A DNA stretch of 61,049 nt, counting the filler, from Hausera hauseri (lineage: Eukaryota), in the NCBI GenBank assembly GCA_046269625.1. It is 11 parts of 11 records of this genome, joined end to end, with 100 filler letters (N's around TTAATTAATTAA, not from the genome) between each part and the next. Parts side by side here need not be neighbours in the genome. Positions count along the whole stretch, not along the records: positions 30,565 to 36,453 come from JBJURY010173639.1; positions 36,554 to 42,248 come from JBJURY010205079.1; positions 42,349 to 46,790 come from JBJURY010580004.1; positions 46,891 to 50,997 come from JBJURY010758430.1; 7 more parts are not named here. One strand, 5' to 3'. Numbering within the stretch: position 1 is the first letter of the stretch; every line of letters starts with the position of its first letter. The translations under genes were made by a program, and so were the position numbers. Positions 36,301 through 49,094 of the stretch are shown here, one piece after another. A model generated the notes under the pieces. It ran no database searches. It was not told where the DNA came from and worked only from the letters and a program-made list of their open reading frames with translations.

Positions 36301-36453
36301 GATACCATCGATATAGGGATAAGCAAAGTCTAAACCTGAGAGAACTGTGTCAATATGCCTTTGAAAGGTCTGAGAAGCGCTACGGAGTCCAAAAGGCATA
36401 AAAAGGTATTCGAAAAGGCCGAAAGGTGTAATGACAGCCGTTTTCGGAATGTC
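33339..36453 (-). mobile_element. CsRn1-like Gypsy element: RT-RH-INT, Ser-rich tail, PPT (33447-33452) and LTR start cap (33339-33446)
   Basis: ORFs 35728-36225, 35205-35609 and 34254-34904 are homologous to the other copies. Confidence 0.93.
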
Positions 36454-36553
36454 NNNNNNNNNNNNNNNNNNNNNNNNNNNNNNNNNNNNNNNNNNNNTTA
36501 ATTAATTAANNNNNNNNNNNNNNNNNNNNNNNNNNNNNNNNNNNNNNNNNNNN

Positions 36554-37390
36554 TCATCTGCCTTTTATCAGGCGAGGAACGCACAGCTAATGTCGTGATC
36601 TTTTCTTGTTTCTCATCATATTCTTTTTGATTTTGATAACACACATACATTGTTGGTCCTTTTCGTTTCAAGCTATTTAGAAGTTTACCGTATTCTTTTC
36701 GAGATAACGTATAATTAACGCTATATATTCTTCCTCGTGTCACGTTACAGCAAATTCGCTGTTTATCAGTAATGTTACATTTTATTATCGCCTGAGTTGT
36801 TATTTCTTTTATCGTGACGGTCACCCATCGAATATATTCTAGCTCGATCATTGTTATAATTTCGATACAACTTTTTCCACTCTTAAATCCCATCGACCTT
36901 GCGATTAGTTGGCTGATTATTATTTCATCTAAGAGTTTCGTTCATTTTTCGCCTTGTGAGAATTTTTATAGATCTATAAAATTTAGTATATTGACACTTA
37001 TAATAATCTCCTTTTTTCTTAATAAACGTAAAATATATGTATAATGGACACCTGAGTTTTCTACTGTACATTGTGTTTTAGTAATCCTTGGATGTAGCAA
37101 GCAATCGTACTGTCGTTTATTTGGATCACTTCTGTTATTATCCCAGGGTATCACTTGTATTCCTATCATGTACTTCGGGGGTAATTGTCTTGGGGTACTC
37201 CAGATCGTACATTTCTGACCTTGCCTTAAGTATGTTACATTGTATTGTAAACTTTTCATTAATATGTATTCTTTTATAACCGTTGCGTGTCTTATTTTAG
37301 CTTGCTCAATTTCCTGTTTTATCATTTGACCTAGTTTTCCAGGAAGTAATATAATAGTGATCAAAATGAGACCCTTTATTTGATGAGTTC
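36554..37390 (-). pseudogene. Extra ORF downstream of integrase with hydrophobic N-terminus and several Cys; function unknown
   Basis: IKGLILITIILLPGKLG...; ORFs 36966-37364 and 36554-36893. Confidence 0.4.
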
Positions 37391-37499
37391 TATATGTTGA
37401 GTCTACTTTGATTACTTTCTCGCTGATGCTTCGTACTAACTCTCTTTCCTCTTTTCTTAGCTAACTCTCTTTGGCTGCGGATTTACATTTATTAACGAG

Positions 37500-40400
37500 A
37501 ACTTTAAGGGAAACGTTGTTTTTCTTTAAGCAGATATTAGGTAAATCCACCTTTTCTACTTCATGTGGTCCTTATATGATCTATCCAACTTAGAGGTATT
37601 ACCCTGCTTAATTACTGTTGAGTGTAACATTACCTTAGCCCCTATTTTGATTTTCGGCTGCTTAGTTTTCTTATCATAATACTTCTTATATTTCAACTTA
37701 TAAAATTTCTGATTATACCCAATTATTTTATAAACCACTTGGAGGCGCTCTTGCATTAGTTGTGTGTATTCTTCTACTTCCATCAAATGTGAAGTAGATT
37801 TCACGTTAAAATCTAAGTTGATTGGTAATCTGGCATCCCTTGTATACATCAGGTAGAAAGGTGTTTTAGTAGCCTCATGGACCGACGTCTGATTTACAAA
37901 AACATATGTGTTAATATATTCATCCCAATCGTCCTGCCTCGTATTTACTACTGTTTGTAATTTTCCTTTCAAGTCTTCAACATATCATTCCACCATTCCA
38001 TTGTTCTCCGAATGTCCGGGCGTGGACCGTAATTTTAATATTTTCATGACACCGCATATGGCTTGCATTACAGTTCCGGTTAAATTCGATGCTTGATTAG
38101 TTAAGAGGATTTGTAGGGCTCCATAAATGAACACAATGTTCTACGAATTTCTCAGCGATTGTTTCCGCCTTCATATTGGCCATAGGTAAGGCGACAACCC
38201 AACGAATGAAATAGTCAATAAAGACTAGAATATACCTATTTCTATTCCTTGTTAGCGGTAATGGTCCTGTTATATCAATAGCAGTGAACTCAAATGATGT
38301 CGGGGGATTATTCCATACTTTGGTAGGTGCTTTAAATTTGGATCCCGTGTTCTTTCGGGTGACGCATAGTTTGCAGATATCGCACCATTCCTGCACGTCT
38401 TTTGTCATTGTTTACCAAAAGTATTTTTATTTCAATTTACGCACCGTCTTACTTACTGATTGGTGTCCACCGAGTAATCCGTCATGATATTGTGTTAACA
38501 GAACTGCTCTGTTCTTCTTTGGAATTACTAAAGCTGGCCCGTTTTTATGGATAAAATATAGAAATCCTTTAAAATATAGAAATCCTTTGGGCAGGTGGCG
38601 GGCCAATTCTTTATCAGTCGGTATCGTCTTGTCTTGTATATACTTCCTGATGGTTCTTATTTCAATATCTTCGTTTTGATTGGCCCTCATTTTCTCTACA
38701 GATCCGTCCATGCTCCATACGGCTGCCACTACTGCTTTATCTATTTCTGGTTTATTGGGCATTCTTGACAAATAGTCCGCATTTGCGTTTCGTGATCCAG
38801 CTTTATATTGAAAGTTTAACGTGAAAAGTTGTAGTTCTAAAGCCCATCGTAGCAGTCTACTATTTGGATTTTCATGCTGCTTTAACCATTGGAGCGGTCT
38901 ATGATCTGTTTAAATTAAGAGAGGTTTATTTTCACTAATATATGTCGAAAATACTTCCAAGGCGAATATTACTACTAAGAGTTCCTTTTCATTTACTGCA
39001 TATTTGTTCTGATGTTTGTTGAGTTTTCTCGTGGCATAAGCCACTGGTTGCTCCTTTCCATCCACGCCTTTTTGTGACAAAACTTCCCGACTCCGTAATC
39101 GCTTGCATCGGTTGCCAAGATGAACGGCTTGGTCATATCAGGGTAGATCAATATTGGGGCTGTTAATAGTGTATCCTTCAGGTATTCAAAGCTTTTTGAC
39201 ACTCGTTCATCCATAATACTTTCACTAGGTCTTCCCTCAACAATTCATACAAAGGTTTCGCAATTTTGCTGAAATCCTTTATAAATCTTCGATAATAATT
39301 TGCCAGACCTAAGAACCGTGGCAATTCTCTAACCGTACTTGGTTTCGGAAAGTCTCTGATTCTTCCTCATAGTTTATCTTGGGGTTTTACGCCATGTATA
39401 TTGACTCGATGTCCCAGGAAATCCACTTCCGCTTGAGCCTATTATTTCGAATCTATCGAAGAGATCTTGTAAATCCTTCAAATGTTGTTGAAAGTTTGAC
39501 GATTCTATTATGCCGTCAATATACACCATGGCGTGAGGGGGTCTAAGAGTAGGAGTTCTGACCTTTGGAATGTTGGCGGTACATTCTTTAATCCGAATGG
39601 CATTCTGTTAAATTCCCATAATCCTTCACCGATTGAGAATGCTGTCTTCGGTTTGTCTTCACTTCTATTTGCCAATAGCCTTTCTGTAAATCAATAGTCG
39701 TAAATATAGTTGATCCATGTAATTTATCTAATATTTCGATTCTAGGTAGCGAATATGTATCCGTTTCAGTTATTTCATTCAACACTGTGTAATCTATACA
39801 AAATCTCAGTCCCATCTTTTTGACTATCACTACTGGAGCTGTCCATGGGGAGCAATAGTTTTAATTTCTTTGCATTTCTATTATTTTTTCTGCCTCCTGC
39901 TTTTTATCATAAGCTAATCGATATGGCCTTTTCTTTATTGGTTTATCCTGTCCTTCCTTTAACTTAATGGTATGCTGTATTATGTTCATTGTCCCCAGAT
40001 CGTAATCGTTCTGTGCGAATCGACTGTTATTTTTTTAATAATTGGGCTAGTATCTTCTCTTCTTTACTCAAAACCTCGCATTTCTGTAATTTCTCCCAAT
40101 TAATCTTGGTGGTTTCGTTCTTCTTTATCTCTGTCTCTTTCTTTAATTTTTCAGTCATCATTTTTTCTATTTGGTCTACATCTGAAATTACCGAGTTAAC
40201 TTCTTCCTTTATTATTTCCTCAGTAGCCGTTACTTTTCCCAATCTAGTATCTCTGCGTAATCGTTTCTCTTTGTTGTGTTAAATTCTTAAGTGGACTTTC
40301 CGTTCCTTACTCTGTCTACGTGTGGAGCAACAAGGACTTCATATTTTTCCATAACTTGTGGAAATGGCTCAAAGTGTATCACCTCAATTAGTAATTTACT

Positions 40401-40850
40401 TTCTATCTTTCCGGGCACCACTATCTCGGGACGTGATGGAATGATAAGGTCTTTTATTAGTGAGACCGTTTCTTCATGTTGACCTTCACCAAACGACTTA
40501 AGCTGGCCTGTTTTTACATCTATGTAAACATTCTCTAGTTGGCTTAATACATCGCCTNNNNNNNNNNACATCGCATCCAATCAAGATCTCATTGGGCAAA
40601 TTCTCTGCTACCCTTATGGTGTGCTTTAGGATTTGCTTACTGATTTTAATCTCGGCATTCAAGACCATTTTTATCTCTTCTGTGCCAAACGCTCCAATAT
40701 TTACTAGTGTTGTAGTTGGTTCCCTTAATTTTCTTTTTAGTTCTTTTGGCAGTAAACTCTGCCATTATTGTGGTCGTAGATCCTGTATCTAGTAAAGCCG
40801 TCAACGGATATTCATTCACCTTTATTTCTACCTCTAATCTTATGGGTGGC
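37500..40850 (-). pseudogene. pol: Ty3/Gypsy pol of a second family (PR-RT-RH-INT), disrupted
   Basis: ALLDTGSTTTI; RFCIDY..LN..YSLPRI..DLQKGYWQI; FILATDASDYGVG; HDGLLGGH; CKLC; AIDITGPLP..NRYILVFIDYF. Confidence 0.95.
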
Positions 40851-41189
40851 TGCCGTTCGTTCTTATCCTGAGTCTTATACGTAGGTTTATGCTTGTAAGG
40901 TGTTGAATTTTTGTCGAAACTCCGTTTCATCTGTTGTACTTGATGCATGGGGTAAAATCCTGTATGTACAACGTATCGGGGGGCTGATGGATTCGCCCAT
41001 GATTGCTCATTATACCGCTGTCCATGATATTCATCTACTGTATTTAGTTGAGGTAAATCGGTTACCAATCTTTGCCTGTACTTCTGCTTTCGTGATTTTA
41101 GTGCTAACTGTTTGATTTTAGATATATGGTTACTCTTCTTCCGTTTCATATTTATTTTATCATATGTAATGTCTTTATCGTTTAACGTA

Positions 41190-42248
41190 CTGTATGGCAT
41201 ATCTCTTTCTTTTTTCTGTAATACCTTTCTTTTCCATTGGAGTTCATGGTTTGCCAAGAAACAACTAGCTACTTCAGGTATTAATGCTATCAGAATCTTC
41301 CATGAACAGCCTACTGCTGCACGGATTTCATGTCTTACAAAGCGCAGTGAGTACTGTCCGTAAAGCACTAATAATAAAATACGTCTAGAAAACCGGATGC
41401 TGCTTGGCCGAAGTATAAGAATTTTTCCAACATCTACATGACATTTTTTGTTACTTCAAATAATCTCTGCCCATTAAATTTTCCCATTGTATTGATCCTT
41501 CTCCATCCCACATTACTGTCCTAGTTAATTCCGTTATCACCCGCTGTCTCTGTTGTGGAAACAGCAACATCCGTCGGTAATCTTCTAGATTTTGCTGTGT
41601 ATATTCCCCCTTACGATATTCCCGTTAGTGGTTCGAACCTCTGGTTCCTTTTCAGGTTAATCAAGTTTAAAGTCTCTGGTTTAGATACTGTTTCTCTTTT
41701 TGGCATTCTAATCCGTTTTTTCGTCCAGCTTAAACATAGATGACATATTGATAGTACAGTTGTCCAGTTGGGTTGGCTTAGCTTTGGATTTCAACAATAT
41801 TCTTGTTACCGGCATTACATATCTTGCTTCTGCCTAATAAACTACGGGAAATTCTGACGTACACTTCAGTTGGTCTAATTGATACTTCTATCCTACTGGT
41901 TATCAATACCTCACCCATGACTTCCAATTACTCCGTCACCGAAGGGCATCACTGGTGCTACCACGTCCGGATTCGTTATTACTAAGGCCATTTTCTTATT
42001 ATTTCATAATTCAGTTTACACTCGTTCATTATTATTTCTCTGAATAAACTATTAATCTCTTTTCTTACATAGTTGATCACGAAATCAATCTTTTAATCAA
42101 AATATTGCGTTTATTTTATGCCTTTTTCATCTTCATCTTTGTTCCATGTATTTCTTTTACTGATAAGAAAATACCTTTATAACTAGTTCTAGACATTTCT
42201 TTATTACATTTTGTTATCATTCCGGTGGCTTTAAATCGCATCATTTCC
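41190..42248 (-). pseudogene. env: Second gB/chuvirus-like glycoprotein (C-terminal half), upstream of protease
   Basis: Manual translation: IIMNECKL, TNPDVVAPVMP, MGEVL, CTSEFPVVY, MPVTRILL..KPTQLDNC, GGIY, YRRMLLFPQQR, QWENLMG, FGQAASGFL, GCSWKILIALI; collinear with 28460-29400. Confidence 0.85.
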
Positions 42249-42348
42249 NNNNNNNNNNNNNNNNNNNNNNNNNNNNNNNNNNNNNNNNNNNNTTAATTAA
42301 TTAANNNNNNNNNNNNNNNNNNNNNNNNNNNNNNNNNNNNNNNNNNNN

Positions 42349-45300
42349 CCCAAATTTTAAGCCTGTTTCTACCACGTACCATCACATCGTCACTGAACAC
42401 CAAAACCTTGTTAAACAGAAGGTTAGGCCACTTTCTCCACGCAGACGCAAAACTGTAGAATCGGAGTTCAATGAATTAAGAAAGGCAGAAATTATAAGAA
42501 GATCAAAGTCACCTTGGGCCTCACCTCTACACGTAGTGCCCAAGAAGGGCGGTACTTTCAGGCCCTGTGGCGATTATCGCTAGTTGAACACCATTACGGT
42601 AATGGACGCATATCCATTACCGCTCATCAGAGATATCCTACACAGACTCACTGGCAACACTATATTTTCGTCCATCGATCTTCATAAAGCCTACCATCAT
42701 ATTTTTGTCTCACCTGCTGACATACCAAAAACAGCTGTGACAACACCTTTCGGCCTTTTTGAATATGTTTTCATGCCGTTTGACCTAAGTAGTGCCTCCC
42801 GAACATTTCAAAGGCACATAGACACAATTCTCGCTGGTCTAAACTTTGCATTTCCTTACATAGATGACATTTTCCTAGATTTTTCATATCCTAAACAACA
42901 TTCTGAGCACTTACGCATAATTTTTCAACGCCTCCACCAAAATAATTTAAAACTAAATTTCGCCAAGTGTTCTCTTTTCCAACACAAGATCCATTTCCTT
43001 GGTCATTTCATCACCAAATTTGGCCACTCTCCTCAGCAAGACCGCATAACTTAACTTAAGAACATTCAGTTGCCACGAACAACAACTGAAATGCGCTCTT
43101 TTCTTGGCACACTCCACTTTGTTCACAAATATGTGCCACATTGCTTTGAGTTAACCGCACCTTTTGCCTCTATCGTCTGGAAAGAAGAAACAACTAAATC
43201 ACTGGACTCCCGAACGTATCAACCAGCTTGACCATTTACGTGAAAGTTTAAAAACTGCGGAAATTCTAACGTACCCCAAACCTGACGCAGAGCTAATATT
43301 AACCACTGATGCCTCTACCACAGCAGTCGGCTCAATACTGCATCAAATTTCTAATGGCGTCAACGAGCCTCTGGAATTTTATTTTCGGAAACTTACATCA
43401 CCAGAAAGTCGTTATTTAACCTTCGACAGAGAGCTCTTAGCGATAGTATTAGCTCTAAAACACTTCTCGCATTTGTTAATTGCCAGGTCTTTTACAATCC
43501 AAACTGACCACAAACCTCTTATTCACATCATGGGTATAAAAACTCCTTTACCTCGACAAGAATGTCACATATCGTACTTGTCGACATTCAATTTTAAAAT
43601 GGTACATATTTCAGGCACTGACAATTTGGTCGCCGATTTTTTGTCGAGATCAGTTAGTATTATTGGAGTCACTCCAATTTTCTCACAAGCAGTACTTCAG
43701 CAAAATGTACCAGCACACGAAATTCTTAAGTATTTTAAATGGCACCAAATCATCGACGGAATAGCCTATGACACCTCTAAACCCGGTAATCGCAAACCAA
43801 TTTTGTTTTCAACTTTGCAGAAAACTGCACTTCATAACGTACATTCTCTTCATCATCCGGGTGCCAAAGCAACTTTTTGGCTCCTGCAACGTAGTGTTAT
43901 ATGGCAGTCGATGAAATCAGATGTACAGGTGTGGGTTAAGGAATGCGTGGCATGTCAAAAATTTAAAACTCACAAGCATCTGAAGCCACCATTATATCAC
44001 TTCCCTTGTATGTCGCGTTTTGAATCCGTTCATATAGACCTAGTCGGCCCTCTGTCCAGGCAACGGTCATCAATTCATACTCACCATGATGGACCGTTCT
44101 TCTCGGTGGCCAGAAGCCGTTTCATTACGTTCCACCAACACAGACACTATCGCTGAGGTTTTTATCAAAACGTGGATCAGCAGATTTGGCTCCCCTCGCT
44201 TCATAATCATGGACCAAGGTCCACAATTGGAGTTAAATCTCTTTAAATGCTTAGTCAATCGTTTGGGAATTAAACACATACACACCTCCCCATATCATTC
44301 CCAAGCGAACGGTTTACTAGAAAGATTCCACCGCACAATGAAAACCTCATTTAAAATCCTAACTGAATCAGAGCAACTGGACAGCTCTTCTATCTCTTGT
44401 CTTGCTTGGTTGGCGAAACACCCTCCACCACCATGGGTTGTGCACCAGCCGAAGCATTGTTTGGAACGCAAATTCGAGCACTTTTTGAGTTAACTGATCT
44501 GGATGATACACCAGCAGATGAACGGATTCGAAATGCCCAAGATCACTTCGTAACACTAAACAAAGACTCATTTTGCAAAATAGTAAATTATAACAAATCA
44601 AACACCAAATGATTTGTTTACTGCCAAGTTTGTTTGGCTTCGAAATCCTTCACCTGGTGGTTTTCAACCAAAATACGTTGTGCCATTCAAACTGCTTTCT
44701 TTATCGTCTCACACAGCTACAATTCTTAAAAGCGGTAAAGAACAAACTGTTCACATTACCAATTTAAAACCTGCCTTTTTCGTGGACGACTCTCCCCATG
44801 ATACACAAAACAACTCCAATTCCACTGGCACTTTTCTCGATTCTTTTGTTTCTACTCCGTTCCCTGCTAAATCAACAAATCATCAATCACCACCTGGTCC
44901 AATTCCCACTTTTCTTACTAATGTTTCCACCCCTACTTCCAATTCTTTACCTGTTACCTCTCACATCTCATCTTCTACGGCTAACGTTCCATCCACCACT
45001 TCACATTCATCACTTTTTTCTTCGCTCGTCTCAATTCCTACTCCCCTTTTCTCACCTTCCAACTCTACTTCACATTCTCCACTTTCTACTCCTCACTTGT
45101 CATTTTCCATTTCTCACTCCTTATCTTCTTCCTTCACTTCTTCAATTAATCGTTCTTCACAACTCTCACTTCCGTCAACGAAAATAATACCAAACAATGA
45201 ACCCAGAAATACGACAAAGCTTTCACCTCTACGTACATCTCCGCAAATGAACACCACAGGAAAACAGAACACGCAGAGTTACTTTCAGTAAGTACAGTAG

Positions 45301-45547
45301 AGAGCAATATATCGACAAAGTACAACGCCTAGTACACAAAAATCGAGTAGAACACAAACCCATGTCCTTTTTGCGATTTTCTTTTCATATTCTCGCTCTC
45401 TATTATAGTGCCTTTTTTGCTACGAGGGGGGGTATTGTGGTGTCGCAGTTGCGGGCGCCGCCACCACTGACGACAAGTTTTTGGTGACTGAGTGCCTTTT
45501 TGGACAGGTGTTCCACTTGTCCTGATTTTTAGTCCGACTACTCTCGT
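42349..45547 (+). mobile_element. CsRn1-like Gypsy element: RT-RH-INT, S/T/P-rich tail, PPT (GAGGGGGGG ~45424) and LTR start cap (45436-45547)
   Basis: ORFs 42584-43054 (YIDD), 43164-44156 (TTDAS, TDHKPL, HHCC), 44086-44493 and 44614-45291. Confidence 0.95.
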
Positions 45548-46890
45548 CCAAGAATTGAACCGAAGTCAGAAAGATTTTACAAACTCATTGGAGATCGGTT
45601 TGTCAGGGTGATCAAAAGTGCAAAACATTCCTGAGTCAATGAGAGATACATAACTAATGAGTACGAAAGTAAACGCATCATAATTTTAACGTGCAGAAAC
45701 CAGAAATAGCCATAAAAAGAACTACTCATTAAAGAACAATAAAAGTCAATTAAAACCGAAAAGTATCAAGGACACGTCAGTCATGATTCTAATTTTTGAA
45801 TGATATCAAATCGAACAGTAAAAAAGTTCTTTCAGACATTTTAATTCCGAATGTCAATCTCAGCACATTTGAAACAGCAAACATATTGTGTTTGACCTAA
45901 TCTAGCCATTTTCTCAATTCAGACAGATGGACATATGTTGCTGAAATTCTTTACGGTTGACACATTCTCAGTCAGATTTAGCAACGTTATTAATTCTATC
46001 CTAATCCAATTTCTCAATTTGGTTCAACTGATGGTGATTTAATTGACCTGATAATTTAGTTATTTGTAATCCGATTACATAATCTAAAAGGGTTTTCATT
46101 TAGCCGTGTCATACCTTTGTATTTTTGCATTAGCTGAATTTTTCAGTTTCTTATTTATCTACGGGTGTAAACTGGTGCGTAATACTCGAAATAGGTTCAG
46201 TTTCAGTTTTCAGATCAATGACAAAAAAGAAAAAATTAATCAATTTCACTCAACAAATGAAATATTTTATTTGCTTTAAATTATTTGTTGAATTGCAAAA
46301 ATTTATGACAAATTTAACCGTTGTATTCTAATTGTGCTCGGATGATGTTGTTTCGTAATATCGCACTTAACAAAAAATAAAAAATAGTTTTGTAATTTCA
46401 GGGTCATTGTGTACATAGTAGACGAGTGAAGAGGTGCGTTGTACAGCCGATTTACCCGACCTGTTTTTATCTTTAAAAAAAGGCGTAAATGAAAATGTTG
46501 TTTTAATTCACAAAAAAGTTTTTCTTCGAGAATTTTAAACGCCATTTTTTCACGTTGTTTTCGGCAAATAAATTTTTGGCCATACTTATTCGATTCGTTT
46601 TCCCAGAGCTAATTTTTATACAATGGAATTTATTGGAATGGTGCAGGCGTTGGAAATCAAATCCCCCTCAATGATTTATGGTTGCAGTATTGGGAGGAAT
46701 GCGACCCTTTTTGGGGGTGGGTTGGCTCTCCCAATAAATCTTGGTACAGTGATTTCATTCTTCCAAACTAAATCAATTAAGGAACCACTCNNNNNNNNNN
46801 NNNNNNNNNNNNNNNNNNNNNNNNNNNNNNNNNNTTAATTAATTAANNNNNNNNNNNNNNNNNNNNNNNNNNNNNNNNNNNNNNNNNNNN

Positions 46891-47157
46891 TGTCAAACAG
46901 ACTTGGCAACAGACCCAACGTTGGCTCGGGAAATAGTTATCATACAGCCTAAACAAACCGATAAGAAAGCGGTTTGAATCTTGTGCATACCGTGCTTCCG
47001 GTGTAAATAATGTATGGCAAATGGATCTGATGGATATGATTCCGTATGCCAGCATCAACGATGGGAAGCGGTACGTGCTGACATGTATTGATGTGTTTAG
47101 TTGTTTTGCACGTGCAATTTCTGTCAAATCCAAATCGGGTAAAGATATTGCCGATGG
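46891..47157 (+). pseudogene. Polinton retroviral-like integrase (rve) N-terminal fragment
   Basis: VNNVWQMDLMDM..INDGKRYVLTCIDVFS.FA.A..VKSKSG. Confidence 0.85.
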
Positions 47158-47159
47158 AA

Positions 47160-47657
47160 CTGGAAACAGAATTGTGAGTAACCATCAAGGTTGTAGCAAT
47201 TGGCTCTCAAGCATTTGAATTAAACTCTGATGGTCGTATTTCGTTTAAACTACATGATAGTGCTACATATTTTGCGGCTGATTAACTATTGGCACGGAAT
47301 CTGGGTTTTAACAAACGAGAATTGGATCAAACAGGCGGTGGACGGCCCATCGTTGATAAACACAAACCACGTGTCTACGAAGCATTTCATCGAATCATTA
47401 TTTTAACGGATCTAACCGAATCCGTATATGTGGGTGGAGACCGTAAACAACTATTGGCGTCTATTTGACTGAATTCGGACATGTACAAAACACCGGGCGA
47501 AACTGTTCATGTAAATATCATTTGACCCATGTACTTGTCATTGTCTCACAATGTTGTGCACAGTATTTTCGTGCATATAGTAGACGAATTTTGGAAACCC
47601 ATTAAATTTCTGTTTAGAGCCATGACACATGTTATGTTACATTTTCGTCGTCGATAA
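47160..47657 (+). pseudogene. Polinton minor capsid B, C-terminal part
   Basis: Closely matches the reverse complement of 8450-8919; ends LHFRRR. Confidence 0.75.
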
Positions 47658-47708
47658 TAAACAAACTGCGCCATCACTATCATCGTCATCATCATCGTCA
47701 TCGAGATC

Positions 47709-48746
47709 ATGAGTATTTACATGGTGTTACCGAGCAACAGTTGTCCGACGACTAATGTGAACAATTCAGCCAGTGAATACGTTGTAGATTGGAACAATAC
47801 TTTGGATTTATCTGGAAAATGGGAGGTTTCACTGACTAAATTTAACTTTCCCTACGCGCTGGTGACATTGAAAGGTAGTATGAAAATAAGGTACAACAAG
47901 ACTGTTACTGAAACCATAACACATTCTTGTCCTCTGACACTTACTAACAATAAAGTAACAGTTGGAGAATAGGCCACTTGCACGACTAAAGCAAACTATA
48001 GTTCACACGCCAAGATCGGTGTTTTTATTTTAGATCAAAACTTACATTTTATGACAGATTTTGAATTTAATGTCACATTTGAGTCCTCTGAGAAGGCGCA
48101 GAAATTTGGATTCAAAAATACAGAGAACAAAGGTCAAAATATGAAAAGTGAATATGTAATTGATCCAAGAATAAGTCCCGTATATTATCAGACAACGGTG
48201 AAATTTACCTATACAGCAGAAAGGGTGCCAATATCATACTTATCGATTGGAGACAATGTCTATTGCGAATCTGTAGCACATCTCTGTCAACACTTTTTTC
48301 AATCAAAAGTACAAGGCGATATTTAAAGGAAGTACATTAAATTTGAACTGGCTAAGGATACTGTCGATATTTCATTGGACAAAGCTTTGGCCATGGTATT
48401 GGGTTTTGAAAAACAGCGGTTTGAGGCATCGAATACGAAGCCCACGGCACATGTTGCAACACTTAAACCCAAACTGAAAACTGGACTAAATCACGTCACC
48501 AAACCAATTTCGGTCGGTGGAGTACGTGTACTGCTACTCAATGCAATTTATCCGGAAAGCAGTAAGTATACTGATGGCGACAATGTCACTGTCAAGCTCG
48601 ATAATCCAATGTACCTAGCTGTGGCAACTACAACTATAAACAATGTTGAAGTCAACATCCGATGTGACGCGGGCTTTCTTATCGAATTTCCGTACGGTAT
48701 CACAACCAGTCTAACTCTTCTTTTCCGTCGAAACCAACATGATTGA
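47709..48746 (+). pseudogene. Polinton minor capsid (penton-like) A
   Basis: MSIYMVLPSNS...KWEVSL; ends IEFPYGITTSLTLLFRR. Confidence 0.85.
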
Positions 48747-49082
48747 TTCTGAAATCGTGTCCATTTACAGTAAAACCCAACAAGGCGGTGAACTGTCGTA
48801 TTTCGTTGGTAAGCAGTATGGCTCTGGATGGTTGCGCACATTGACAAGTTTAGCATTTTCGGTGTTGAAGTGGCAGCAAAAGGAGCACAGGACGTACTAT
48901 ATAAAAACAAATCGATTTTGCCATCACTGAAGGAACACGCCTTTGACAGAAATGAAAATCGCTGCACCGGGATTCGTTGAATTGGTCAAAAAATAATTCG
49001 CTGGTAGTAGCTATAGAAAACGTGGTATATCAGCCAGCTTTTCTACTATACACAAACATCGTCGTCGTACGATTTTCGATTG
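48739..49082 (+). pseudogene. Small basic core / pX-like ('GasderminX'-type) protein
   Basis: QQGG..YF.G.QYGSGWLRTL motif, located between penton and hexon. Confidence 0.6.
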
Positions 49083-49094
49083 ATTGATAAACAA

